Source: Hypanus sabinus (lineage: Eukaryota). Taken from it: a stretch of 64,000 nt of DNA. Below the pieces are notes generated by a model. It saw only the letters and a program-made list of their open reading frames with translations, was not told the origin of the DNA and did no database searches. The position numbers were made by a program, and so were the translations under genes. Numbering within the stretch: the first letter of the stretch is position 1; the number at the start of each line of letters is the position of its first letter. Shown piece by piece: positions 13,340-25,836 of this stretch. Where the stretch lies: the NCBI RefSeq assembly GCF_030144855.1, contig NC_082712.1, positions 130,944,001-131,008,000 of the forward strand, given 5' to 3'.

Positions 13340-15930
13340 ATCAGTCCTTTGTCTACCCTGCTTGTAATTTCCTCAAAAAATTGCAGTAGATTAATCAGGC
13401 AGGATTTTCCTTTCAGGAAACCATGCTAGCTTTGGCCTATCTTGTCACGTGCCTCCAGGTACACCGTAATCTCATCCCTAACAATCGATTCCAACAGCTT
13501 CCCAACCACTTATGTCAGACTAACAGGTCTATTGTTTCCTGTCTGCTGCCTCCCACCCTTCTTAAATAGCGGAGTAACATTTGCAATTTTCCAGTCATAG
13601 GGCACAATGCCAGAATCTATCGATTCTTGAAAGATCATTGTTAATGCCTCTGCAATCTCTCCAGCTACTTCCTTCAGAACCTGAGAGTGCATTTCATCAG
13701 GTCCAGGAGATTTATCTACCTTTAGACCATTAAGCTTCCTGAGTACCTTCTCATATTGTAATTTTCAGAGCACATACTTCACTTACCTGACACTCTTAAA
13801 TGTCCGGTATACTGCAGATGTTTTCCTCTGTGAAGAATGATGCAAAATACTCATTCAGTTCCTCTGCCATCTCTGTGTCTCTCATTACAATATCTCTAGC
13901 ATCATTTTCTATTGGTCCTATATCTACCCTCAACTCTCTTTTACCCTTTATATACTTATAAAAGCTTTTAGTGTCTTCTTTGATATTAGTTGCCAGCTTA
14001 TTTTCATAATTCATCTTTTCCATCCTAATGACCTTCGTAGTTTTCTTATGCAAGTTTTTATAAGCTTCCCAATCCTCTATCTTCCCACTGGCTTTGGCTC
14101 CCTTGTATACTCTCTCTTTTGCTTTTACTTTGGCTCTGACTTCATTTGTCAGCCATGGTAGTGCCCTTCTTTCATTCAAAAGTTTCTTCTTATTTGGAAT
14201 ATATCTGTCTTGACTTCCCTCATTTTTCGCAGAAACTCCCGCCATTGCTGCTCTGCTGTTCTTCCTGCTGGTGTCCCTTTCCAGTCAACCTTAGCCAGTT
14301 CCCCTCTCATGCCATTGTAATTTCCCTTATTCCACTGAAATATTGACACATTGGAATTCAGTTTCTCCTTCTCAAATTTCAAGGTGAACTTGATCATATT
14401 GTGATCACTGTTCCCTAAGGGTTCCTTAACCTTAAGCTCTCTTATCACCTCTGGATCATTGTACAACACCCAATACAGCACAGCTGACCCCCTAGTGGGT
14501 TCAACAATAAGCTGTTCAAAAAACCATACCTTAGACATTCTACAAATTCTCTCTCTCGAGGTCCAATACTGGCCTGGTTTTCCCAAACCACTTTCATGTT
14601 AAAATCCCCAATGATTATCATGACATTGCCCTTTTGACACACCTTTTCCATCTCCTGCTGTAATTTGTAATCCACATCCAAGCTGCTGTTTGGAGGCCTG
14701 TATACAACTGCCATTAGGGTCCTCTTACCCTTGCCATTTCTTAACTCAACCCATAGATACTCTGCACCTTCTGATTCTATGTCATCCCTTTTTAATGATT
14801 TAATATTATTTCTTATATGCAGGGCCCCATCACCCCTTCTGCCTACTAACCTAAGTTTCTGATACACTGTATGTCCTCAGACATTCAGCTCCTAATGGCA
14901 GCCATCCTTTAGCCAGTTTTCAGAGGCGGCCACAATGTCATACTTGCCTATCTATAGCTGAATTTCAGGATCATCCATTTTACTTCTTATGCTGCATGCA
15001 TTCAGTTATAAAATTTTCAGTCCAGTATTTGTTACTTTCTGTTTTAACTGCGACATACCTCTATTGCCCTGTAACTCATCCCACTGGCTGTGATTACGCC
15101 TCATTTCCTGCCTGTCCTTTCTATCATCTCTGTTGCATGCTACCTTTGACTCATTTCTGCTTTCCCCTTCCTCAGCCCTATCATTCTGGTTCCCATCCCC
15201 CTGCCAAATTAGTTTAAACCCTCCCTAACAGCTCTATTAAACCTGCCTGCTAGGATATTGGACCCCTTTGGGTTCAGGTGTAACCCTTCATTTTTGTACA
15301 GGTCGTACCTCCCCCAGAAGAGGCCCCAATGATCCAGGAACCTGAAGCCCTGCCCTCTACACCAGTTTCTCAGCCACACATTAATATGCCTGATTATGCT
15401 ATACTTCCACTCATTAGCACGTGGCACAGGCAGCAATCCTGAGATTACTACCCTGGAGGTCCTGCTTTTCGGCTTCCTACCCAACTCCCTGAATTCTCTC
15501 TTCAGGACCTCCACCCTTTTTCTACCAATGTCATTGGTACCAACGTGTACCAGGATTTCTGGCTGATCATCCTCTTCCTTCAGAATACTCTGCACCTGAT
15601 CCAAGACAGCCTGTACCCTGGCACCTGGTAGGCAAGACATCATATGGGTATTTCTATCAGGCTGGCAGAACCTCCTGTCTGTTCCCCTCACTGTGGAATC
15701 CCCTGTGACTACCACATTCCTCATCTTCTTCTCTCCTTTCTGCACCACAGAACCAGGCTCAGGGCCAGAGACCCGATCGCCGTGGTCATCCTCTGTCAGG
15801 TCACCCCCCTTAACAACATCCAAAACGAGATAATAGTTACAGAGGGGGGATGGCCCCGGGGGTGCTCTCTACTACCTGAGCTCTTCCCATCCCTTCCCTG
15901 CTCACTTTCCCTTATAAGCTGTAGGTCATC
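13340..15930 (-). mobile_element. CR1 LINE internal fragment: ORF1 esterase, linker, APE and start of RT (decayed ORF2, 3' end missing)
   Basis: ORF 15209-15823 is an SGNH esterase. Downstream frames contain YRPPNS, IGDFNM, LGNSDHNMI, WKIANVTPLFKKG and NNRPVSLT. Confidence 0.93.
15209..15823 (-). pseudogene. CR1 ORF1p C-terminal SGNH/GDSL esterase domain
   Basis: VVTGDS (block I), CLPGA (II), VHVGTND (III), EGLHLN (V), ending REGLN*. Confidence 0.88.
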
Positions 15931-16710
15931 GAGCCTCATCATTATCTCATTATTTACCTTTTGCATTGTTTATTTTTGTAATGTACAGTAATTCTTATCA
16001 CTTGCACTGTACTGCTGCAGGAAAACAATAAATTTCATGAAATAGGTCAGTGAATATAAATCTGATTCTGATTTGACAGGTAACAGAATGATGTCATCAG
16101 TGTTGGTTCAGATCTGGTTACAATAGGAGAGGAATAGAAAGTGGCTTGAAACCGGACAAATTCACAAAGCAGTCTGTAGGGAGTCTGGAGGGGATCATAT
16201 GGAGCTAACATTGAAGTCTGAACTAATTATGAAGTGTCCTAAATGATGTGTTTTCCCCCCTTACAGAGTGCATATGTGCAGAAGATGGAACTGCTGTAGC
16301 CAAGTGACAAAAATATCCAGTTAACATGTGAACATTAACATAACTTTAGATTTAGCCTGTTATTTGTGAAATTACTAAAACTGATTGATTTTCTGATGTT
16401 CAGTGTTGATGCCTGAGCTACAGATATAGTTAGCTGTCTTAATTTCAGTGCCAGAGGCAGAACAAAATCAACTAAAGGCTTGTGTAGATTTATCATCTTT
16501 ATACAATCTCCATTCCTTATCCACAACTAAAACTCTAAATGTTACTCATCTTTTTTAACGCTCTGCAGTAGATGTGAGGAATGCTACACTTTAGCACCTG
16601 TTTCTTTCTGTTCACCTTTACCATTCACCCTCTTTTAGTAGGCATGGATTCCAATTCCTTTTTTTCCATCAAAGTTTACTACTGTAGTATTGCTCTGTGT
16701 AAAGAGCACT

Positions 16711-16845
16711 TGACTCCTGATTAAGGGTTTCGGCCCGAAACGTCGTCACTACCTCCTCTCATAGATGCTGTCTGGCCTGCTGAGTTCTGCCAGCATTTTG
16801 TGTTTTTATTTATTTCCAGCATCTGCAGATTCACTCGTGTTGTCA
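16711..16845 (+). repeat. Penelope-type terminal repeat carrying a minimal hammerhead-like core (G8>U variant)
   Basis: CTGATTA-A-GGGtttcggCCC-GAAA-CGTC, followed by atagatgctgtctggcctgctgagttctgccagcattttgtg..ccagcatctgcaga. Confidence 0.75.
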
Positions 16846-17107
16846 TCTCTCTGCCTGATTTGCTAAACTAACTTTGTGCTATTCAGGTATCGAGGTATTT
16901 TACAGTCATCCTTGTTGTTTGCTGCAATCCTGTTTTAGTGTTACTAGTGAATGCTCCTAGGAAGGGCAGGTAGGAGAGAGAAGCTCACTTGGGGTACAGC
17001 ATTACAACTCTTTTCCAAATTAACGTCCTTTGCTGCATGACCAGTTTTTATTCATGCGGCTCCACTTACTCAAGATAAATTCCAGACTTTTGTAACAAAC
17101 TGTCTGA

Positions 17108-17415
17108 GCACAAACAAGAGAGAATCTGCGGAAGCTGGAAACCCAAAGCAACACACACAAAATGCTGAAGGAACTCAGTGGGGCAGGCAGCATCTATGGA
17201 GAACGGTTGACGTTTCGGGCCGAAGTGCTTCAGCGGCACTGGAACAAAAGATGAGGGAGTCAGAGTAAGAAGGTGGGAGGAAGACCACAAGAATCTTCGC
17301 AACATGCACAAAATGCATAGCTGTTCAGCGAAGTGGTCTCCCAATCTGTGTCAGGTCTTGCCGATATACAGCAGACCACACTAGGAGCACTGGATACTGG
17401 CTGAGACCCTTCATT
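17108..17415 (-). mobile_element. Penelope-like fragment (GIY-YIG remnant and terminal repeat)
   Basis: The minus strand reads QCS*CGLLYIGKT*HRLGDHFAEQLC, followed by a decayed ..tcggcccgaaacgtc..atagatgctgcc.. repeat. Confidence 0.8.
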
Positions 17416-18074
17416 GCCTTTTATAAACCTGTGCTTTACTGTTTTTTATTAACCTATACATTTCTAAAAGTGCAGTAACTTGATCATACATAATCAATTT
17501 TAAGAGTTTGTTCAGAACTAGCGTGAACCCAAATGCATTACCGTCACCTGTTTACTTTTCCTGATGTGTGTTACTTTATTGGTCCCGGAATATTGCTCAC
17601 ATCTAAGAAAAGCAGAAAAATAATGTGAATTTTCTCCCCTCTGATTTCATTGTGAAGCTTAGTACAGATGATACCAAGAATTAATGATGTTTTACATTTG
17701 CCAGTTACTTTTCTTTAATAGTTGTTCCCTACCTTCCTTTAGTTGGTATATGCTGTTTGTTTGACATATTACAGTCTCAAATTGATTTCACATGGTGTAG
17801 CAGCTTTGTTTGTTGCTCAAAGACATTTAGTTTAAGAAAGTAATGATTACTATTAAGTCTTTACTGCATAGAAGTCATATGGATTGGAAATTTTGTTGAG
17901 GTGTTCTGTATCTTGTGCAGAGATCCCTATACTGTGAGGGATGGGCTGGTTTTTCATCTGTTTTTTGTTCCCAGTTCACCCATACTGCACAAATCCTCTG
18001 GGCTTCCTACCACTAAATTTTGTTTTAGATCTGTGCTTGACTTTAACCTCTGTCTACAACTGGACCACGTCCTT

Positions 18075-18860
18075 GCCTACAGAGAAGTCATCACCCTGAC
18101 ACAGAGGTGTCAAGAAAACAACCTCTCCCTCAATGTCACAAAAACAAAGGATCCGGTTGTGGACTACAGGAGGAATGGAGGCAAGCTCACCCCCATTGAC
18201 ATCAATGGATCTGTGGTTGAGAGGGTGAACAGCTTTAAGTTCCTTGGTATACACATCACTGAGGACCTCACGTGGCCTGTACATACTGGCTGTGGGGTGA
18301 AAAAGGCACAACAATGCCTCTTTCACCTCAGATGGTTGAAGAAGTCTGGTAAGGACCCCCAAATCCTGAGGACTTTCTACAGCGGCACAATTGAGAGCAT
18401 CTAGACTGGCTGCATCACTGCCTGGTATGGGAGCAGTGCCTCCCTTAATCGCAGGATGCTGCAGAGAGTGGTGTGAACAGCCCAGCACATCTGTAGATGT
18501 GAACTTTCCACTATTCAGGACATTTATAGCGACAGGTGTGTAAAAAGGGCCCGAAATATCATCAGGGACCCAAGTCACTCAACTTCAAACTGTTCCAGCT
18601 GCTACCATCTGGGAAACGGTACCGCAGGATTAAAGCCAGGACCAACAGGCTCCAGGACGGCTTCTTCCATCAGGTCATCAGACTGATTAATTCACAATTG
18701 TATTTCTAAGCTATATGTTGTATATCTTACTGTACAGACTATTCATTACAAATTACTATAATTTGCACATTGCATATTCAGACAGAGATGTAACGTAAAG
18801 ATTTTTACTGCTGATGTATATGAAGGATGTAAGAAATAAAGTTAATTCAATTCAATTCAA
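18075..18860 (+). mobile_element. 5'-truncated Rex1/Babar-type LINE
   Basis: NNLSLNVTKTK..VDYRR, VERVNSFKFLGIHITEDLTW, KKAQQCLFHLR.LKK, LLPSGKRYR..KARTNRL, and a (TTCAA)n tail at ~18845-18860. Confidence 0.88.
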
Positions 18861-19149
18861 TCCACCCATCTGCTGAAATTTCCTTCACCAGATTCACAGG
18901 ATCCTCCACTGACTAGAGATGAGTCCTCTATCCTTCCCTCGGTCCGAGCTTTTCTCAGATCAACCCCACTGTGATGTGTGACTTGCACATGTTCCTCTCT
19001 TAAGTCCGTGGTGATGGCAGTCCTTTATATTTTCTGCCGTGCCTTCTTTCTCTATTAATGTGCTCGGGCGTGAACCTAATGCCCCCCTACATTCCCGTGG
19101 AATGCACTAACAGCAAGTGATGACACAGAAATCAGCCAGCTGCTTAACG

Positions 19150-19663
19150 TACTCCCAGAGGACACTTTATTAGCTACCCCTCTACCTAAAAATAAGTGGC
19201 CACTGAGTTTATGTTAGTGGTCTTCTCCTGCTGTAGCCCATCCGGTACAAGGCTCGATATGTTGTGCATTCAGAGGTGCTCTTCTGCACACTGTGGGGTT
19301 ACTGTCGCCTTCCTGCCAGTTTGAACCAGTCTGGCCATTCTCCTCTGACCACTCTCATTAACAAGGCTTTTTCACCCTCAGAACTCCTTAACCCATTTTC
19401 TTTAAACTCTATAAACTGTTGTGTGTGAAAATCCCAGGAGATTAGCAGTTTCTGAGATACACAAAACATCCTGTCAGGCGCCAACAATTGTTCCAGGGCC
19501 AAAGTTATTTGGATCACATTTCTTCCCCAACCTGATGTTTGATCTGAACAGCAACTCAACCTCTTGACCGTGTCTGCATTATTTTATACATTGAGTTGCT
19601 GCCACACTATTTTCTGATTAGATATTTGGATTTACAAGCAAGGGTACAGGTGTACCTAAAAAG
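19150..19663 (-). mobile_element. Internally deleted Tc1/mariner DNA transposon
   Basis: The minus frame near 19530-19400 reads GKKCDPNNFGPGTIVGA*..CISETANLLGFSHTTVYRV (Tc1 paired-type HTH start). TIR-like cactttattag(c)tac..c at ~19163 pairs with gtgtacctaaaaag at ~19650; the right end is cut by a CR1. Confidence 0.75.
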
Positions 19664-20372
19664 AAGCACAGAAGGAGTTAGGTGTCCTTGTACAAGGCGC
19701 CCAGAAGGTTAATTTACAGGTTGGCTCTGTGGTAAAGAAGGTACAAGCAATGTCGGCATTTGTTTCAAGGGGAATAGAATATAAAAACAAGGAGGTAACG
19801 CTGAACCTTTTTAAGACACTAGTCAGGTTGCACTTGGAGTATTATCAACAGTTTTGGGCCCATTATCTCTGAAAGGATGTGTTGTCATTGGAGAGAGTCC
19901 AGAGGAGGCTCACTAGGATGATTCCAGCAATGAAGGGGTTAACATATGAGGAGCATTTGGCAGCTTTGGGGCCTGTGCTCACTGGAATTTAGAAGAATGA
20001 GGGAGTATCTCACTGAAACCTACCAAACATTTAAATGATTAGATAAGGTGGATGTGGAGAGGATGTTTCCTCGCTTGAGGGTGTCCAGAACTAGAGGGCA
20101 CAGCCTTAAAATTGAGGTGCAATCTTTTAGAAAAGAGGTAAGAGGGAAATTTTTTAGCCAGAGAGTAGTGAATCTGTGGAATAGTCTGCAGTGGAAGCCA
20201 AGTCTGCAGGTATACAAGGCGGAAGTTGATCGTTTCCTGTTCAGTCAGGGCATTAAAGGATATGGCAGGAAGGCATGTGTATGGGCTTGAGTGGGATCCG
20301 GGATCAGCCATGATGAAATGGTAGAGCAGAACCCAGTGGCTGAATGGCCTAATTCTGCTCCTATGTCTGAAG
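19664..20372 (+). mobile_element. CR1 LINE 3' end
   Basis: HLEY.QQFWAH, ERVQRR, TRGHSLKI, FFSQRVVNLWNSL, GIKGYG, then a 3' UTR ggctgaatggcctaattctgctcctatgtct. Confidence 0.9.
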
Positions 20373-22306
20373 TTCCAGAACTCCACAGCTGATTGGTCCT
20401 ACCTTACCATTTTGTCTTGATCAATGTTGGGGTCCACGGCCTTTGCTGTTTCTTGGTCATTTAGTTTAATGATTTTATAAACACTTATACAGGGGATCTT
20501 GGGAGGAACCTGAGAAAGAGTGTGCACTTAATAATTCTGGTTATGGATGCTTTTAGCAAAGCAATATCCTACTCTTCCCCTGTTGTACACCAAACAACTC
20601 AGTGGGGAATTTTCCAGTATAGGAAGACTTGCTCAGTGGCCAACTTGATGAGAGACTCCACAGAGCCTGGAAACTGAAATATGAAGCAAAATTCCATAAG
20701 GAAAAAAATCAATTGAAATGGTGGATTAGTGCAGGTATCAACTCAGCCAGGATTATATATAAAAAAATCACTGTAGCCCATCGGCAAACTCAATGCCAGA
20801 CACAAACATTGCTCACTTACATTTGCAGCTGCTCATCTTGGGAGCCATGAGTGTGGGCCCGAATGAGAAAATGAGCACATGAAAAATAACAAGAAAAGAC
20901 CAGCTGTTCCATCAAGTACATCTTATTCAAGTAGGCTGCAATTTCACACCATTAATTTGATTCCCTCCCTCTTTCTGCTCATAAACAGCATGATCATCTC
21001 TAGAGAGAGGCAATGAAAATGGAGATTTAAATTAAAATCAAACAGAAGCCTCGGTGACTAAATGATACATCACCCAACAAGCATCTACATTCTATATGTT
21101 TTCTGTTTTAACTTTCCAGATGAACACTTTCAGGGAAAGAAAAAGAATTATGTTAAATGTGCTGGAGAGTCATTCCAGAGCATCAGCCTTTTGCCAATAA
21201 ATTTCTCTTTGGTGCAAAGAAATTTTGACCTGGAATTTGAGCACAAAGTCTAGACTGGCTGTCCAATGCAGTACAGGAGTGTTACATGATGGAGATATTA
21301 TCTTGTGGTAGTGTCCATAGGGTCCAATCACCTTCCCCACGTGGACATAATAGAATTTCTGAATCCCCAGTGTCTTGGCCTAGGTTTGCTCCTCATTAAA
21401 TTGCATTAAGAGAATATCTGGCCATTGTCCATTACTTTTTATAGGAGATGGCTGAGTATTAAAAGGCAGTCAAATTTCAATTACACCAGTACATTCAAAG
21501 TGCTATAAAGTGCAAGATACTTCCAGGAGGGTCCTCTCATCCCATTTTATTCATTTGGCCTATTAACTTGAATGACACATCTGAATATTCTAGCTCAATC
21601 AGACTGAACTGAACGGTTTTTATTTCCAAGCTGAAAGCACCCAGATCTCTTAGTCAATTTAGTTTAGCTCTAAGCTCTGACCCTTCGGATTATATACGTT
21701 AGTCTGGAATGTGCAGGGAACTGCTGGTGCATCTATAGAGAGCTGTCAGCCAGAAAGATAGTCACATCTGCGTATTTCACACCTCTGCACCTATGGAGAT
21801 TGGAAACCTATTGGAGTCCTGCCCCTTCAGCTGGTGCATTCGAATGAGCTTGCTGGCCTTTATTTAGAAAGTGATTCCAGGTAATATTTATGTTCTGTTT
21901 TAAAATTTGTAATTTTATGTTCATAACTAATAAACAGTAGCTTCACATAAATTTAAATAAGTCCAACATTTTTAATTTCTCTTATTTTTAATAATATTTT
22001 CTTCTTAATTACATAATTTTCCCCAGTTTTCAAATATCCCTGATTGAGAGTTTCATTTGAAAGCCATGATAAGGTCTTTGTCAGCACCAGTTTTCAGAGG
22101 CCTTTGGGACAGCATATTACCAGGCAATTTACTGTCCCCTTTTTAAGACAATTATGGTCATAACCCTTTGTGTCCCTTGGAATGGCTGTCATGGTGATAT
22201 TCGCAGTGAGCTGAGAGCTGCCTGGTAGGAAAGGTTTAGTGTGAAGTCATGGTCCAGCTAACATTATGGACCACATGAGAGGATTAAATCTGACCACACT
22301 AGGATG

Positions 22307-23295
22307 ATTAGAATTAGAATCAAGTTTAATATTACTAGCACCAGTCTGAAATTTGTTTTATTCTTTTGCTGCAGCAGTACATTGCAATACATTAAAAATG
22401 CTAGGAATTCCAAAAGAAATATATATCAAATTAAATTAAGTGAGTAGTGCACAAGAGAACAAACAAAGAAAGCAAATAGAAAAAATGTGAGATAACGAAC
22501 ACGGGCTCAGTGTCCATTCAGAAATCTGATAGTGGAGGATGAGAAGCTGTTCCTAAATATGTGTCTTCAGGTTTCTGTAGCTCCTCCTTGATGGTTGTAA
22601 TGGGAAGAGGGCATGTCCTGGGAGATGAAGTCCTTAATGGTGGATGCCGCCTTTGGGAGGCATCGCCTTTTGAAGGTGTCCTCAAAGCCGAGAAGGCTTG
22701 ATCAACTTTCCAACCCTTCATACCACATGGTGATGCAATCAGTTAGAATGCTCTCCCTGGTACATCGGTAGAAATTTACGTGAGTCCTTGGTGACATACT
22801 AGGTCTCCTCAAACTCCTAATGAAATATAGCTGCTGACGTGCCTTCTTTGTAGTTGCATCAATATGTTGGGCCCAGGATAGATCTTCAGAGATGTTGACA
22901 CCCAGGAACTTTAAACTGTTCACCCTTTCCGCTGCTGATTCTTCGATGAGGACTGTCGTGTGTTCCCTCGACCTTCCCTCCTAAAGTCCATAATCAGTTC
23001 CTTGGTCTGACTGACATTGAAGGCAAGCTTGTTGCTGTGACACCACTCAACCAGCTGATCCATCCCCCTCATCACCATCTGAAATTCTGCCACCAATAGT
23101 TGTGTTATCGGCAAACTTATAGATGGTGTCTGAGCTGTGTCTAACCACACTGTGGTGGACGGCGAGAGAGTAGAGCAGTGAGCGAAGCACATATTCTTGA
23201 GATGCAGCAGTGAGGAGGAGATGTTATTTCTGAGCCGCAAAGGTTGTGGTCTCCCGATGAGGAAGTCAAGGGTTTGGACTTCGTTGATTAGAACT
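22307..23295 (-). mobile_element. Rex1/Babar-type LINE 3' fragment
   Basis: LVEWCHSNKLAFNVSQTKELIMDFRR and KFLGVNISEDLSWAQHI..KKARQQLYF.R, with a (ATTCTA)-like tail at 22307-22325. Confidence 0.88.
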
Positions 23296-25836
23296 GAGAA
23301 TTTATTTTTATTCCATAGTCACCCTGTTTGCATCAAAGAAGGAAAGAGAGAAGTAAAAATTTATCAGGTACAAGGAACATGGTAAAAGGGCTAAATGGGT
23401 AAAACGATTACATTTTTTTCAGGTCAAAGAAATTTGGAACCTCAAAATTGTAAGAATTGAATAAATCAATTATGAAACAATTCTTTCAATGCCATGGTCA
23501 TCAATTGGTGACATTATTTGCTGAATGATTTTTAATGGCCCTTCATTCCATCCCCATTCCCCATTATTCCTATGGGGAATAAGTCTGTTTTCCAGGTGAC
23601 ACACATTCTCCCCGGACTCTCTTCACCCTCTCCCCTCTGTGTATCTGCAGCCACATACACTAAAGATCATGTTTTCCATCTCCTAATGGGGGAGCAGCTT
23701 TTTTAAAAGCGCTTTAGTTGTTGGTCAGTGCTGGTGTAATAAAATCCATTTTGCAAAATCACACAGGTAGCACCTAGATATCAGCAGGCCTGGCATAGCC
23801 ACCCACCAGCTCATCAGTTGCTACAGACATGTGAAAATCACCTCAGTGGCTGAAGCAATGCTTTGTACAACAAAAGAGGAATGTTTCTTACTTTATATTT
23901 AATTGTAACAGATCATCAGAAAGAAAGGATTGCGAACTACTCATAATATAAATTATCAAGTGTAAAGAGCAGCTTAAATTTATATAGCAACGTGCTGTTA
24001 TCTCAGCTCAGTTTCAAATCATGAATCCTCATTAACCCCATGTACATTTTGATTTATGTATTTGACTTGTGGCGTTAACCTTGGACTTTCCAACCTGCTC
24101 CCCTCCCCACCCCCCACTGCCAGCCAACCTCATCTGAGGAAGGAATGAATTATTGTCCCTTTTTACCTGGAGTATGAGACCACAGAACTGATGCTGAGAT
24201 GTGGGGTTAAACGCAAAGTAAGAGTCAGGCAGGAGTGATTGAACAACATTTACCCATGGTGTATTGTGTTAGCAAACTAGAACGAACAGACAAAGGTTTC
24301 AATGATTCAGCTCAGGCTTGAAAGGACAAATCTTTTCTCAAAGATGAACATTTAAAACAATGAGAGCAGCGGCTTATTGTTCACTTTGCTGACTGGCCTT
24401 CTGCATTTGCAGGAGTCTCCAAGGAATGCAGCTGGCCAAGGGGGTATAATAAACCCATTGCAGTTGGCTTCTGATGAAGAACTGTTCAGCAGAAAGCAAG
24501 ACCTTGTTTGTGTGTACACACATTGTGCTATAACCAACAATGAGCACTATGTGAGGGGCTGCATCACCCCTTGTTTTGGCTTCAATCTCGTTTTTAAAGG
24601 GACAGTGACAATTTCTGTTGGTGAGTTTGATTTGGAATTGAATTAACAATTGGCAGTGAAAAATTGATGGGGTTTGCCTGCTATTGCCCTCATTTTCTTG
24701 CGAGTTAAAGGAAAATGTAGCTTCTGATCACCAATCACTGAACCCTTTACGGCACTGTGTGAGCTATGGGCAGGACTAGCTGCAACTCTGCTCATAATCA
24801 AATGATTATAACTGTGGAGTCTGGGTACTTCTTTCTGAACAAATAGGTTTTATGTTCCGTATCACCTGATTCAGACTGCTTCCTAAGATTCCTTTGCTGC
24901 CCTTCTCACCCAATGTTTCATCACTACATTGGACTAACTATTATTAAGTGTTCTTGACATCCACACTATTGCAGACTTGAAAGTTTCTTTTCTCTAAATT
25001 AATGGATCACAATGACTCTATTTGTCATTGCATTTATTAATATTATTCTGAGTTGGCTGCAATCTATCAGGTGAGGGAGGAGGGAATAATGTAGAACTAA
25101 ACATTGGAAACCATGAGGTCAGCTGAGTAGATCGGAGATGTCACTGCAGCAATTCATTGTGGTTTCCAAATTTATATCTCTAATTGGGCATGGAGTATGT
25201 CACAACTGTCGATATATAAAAGAACAGTTCACTAGTGAGAATTCAAGTGCTCATGACAGACGCTGATTGGAACAAGGGCTGGGATTACTGTTGGTTACAC
25301 TCAGAAGAAGCAGCAATTGAAACAAGCCAAAAATAGACTTTGCAGTCCTCGCAGTGGTCTGCAAGTATGGGTTTTGGTGAGTGATGAGGCTTCAGTGAGG
25401 AGAGGCTGTGGAAACATTTGAACACAGGCCTCTGATTAGACAGTTTGATATTTGTTCCCATCAAGTGGGCGATTGTTGTGTACTTTCACTTCTATGTGTT
25501 TCAGTCTGGAAACAGAAATCAGATTGCATTTTAAGTAGCCCTTTCCAGTTAAAGGGATGGCAATGGTCCAGAATATTGTATGGCTTATAGAATGCGGGAA
25601 ACCTGAGATACTGCTTATAGGGCGGATGACTGTTCTTTAGGTGGTGCTCTGGTGTGGCTAGCTTGTCTGCTAACTGATGACACCAGTGCAATATGAAGTT
25701 AGGGAGCTAAATAGCAGATTAATGAGCCAGATATCTTTAAGTTATAATTAAGTTATAATTTCTAGATTACCACTAGTGCCAAGTTTAAGCAAGTAAAAGA
25801 ACTGAAGGACAAGTCAGGTGAATGTGTGTATGGCAC

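Noticed and set aside
16245-16330. Strong plus-strand acceptor ttttccccccttacag (similar ones at ~37995 and ~58195)
   Set aside because: All frames close quickly, and no matching strong donor or recognisable peptide follows.
18054-18578. 174-aa antisense ORF (and a similar one at 27753-28277)
   Set aside because: These are shadow ORFs opposite Rex1/Babar RT coding sequence, a common by-product of codon usage.
24352-24649. Overlapping short ORFs on both strands
   Set aside because: No recognisable domain or convincing splice sites; more consistent with non-coding sequence.
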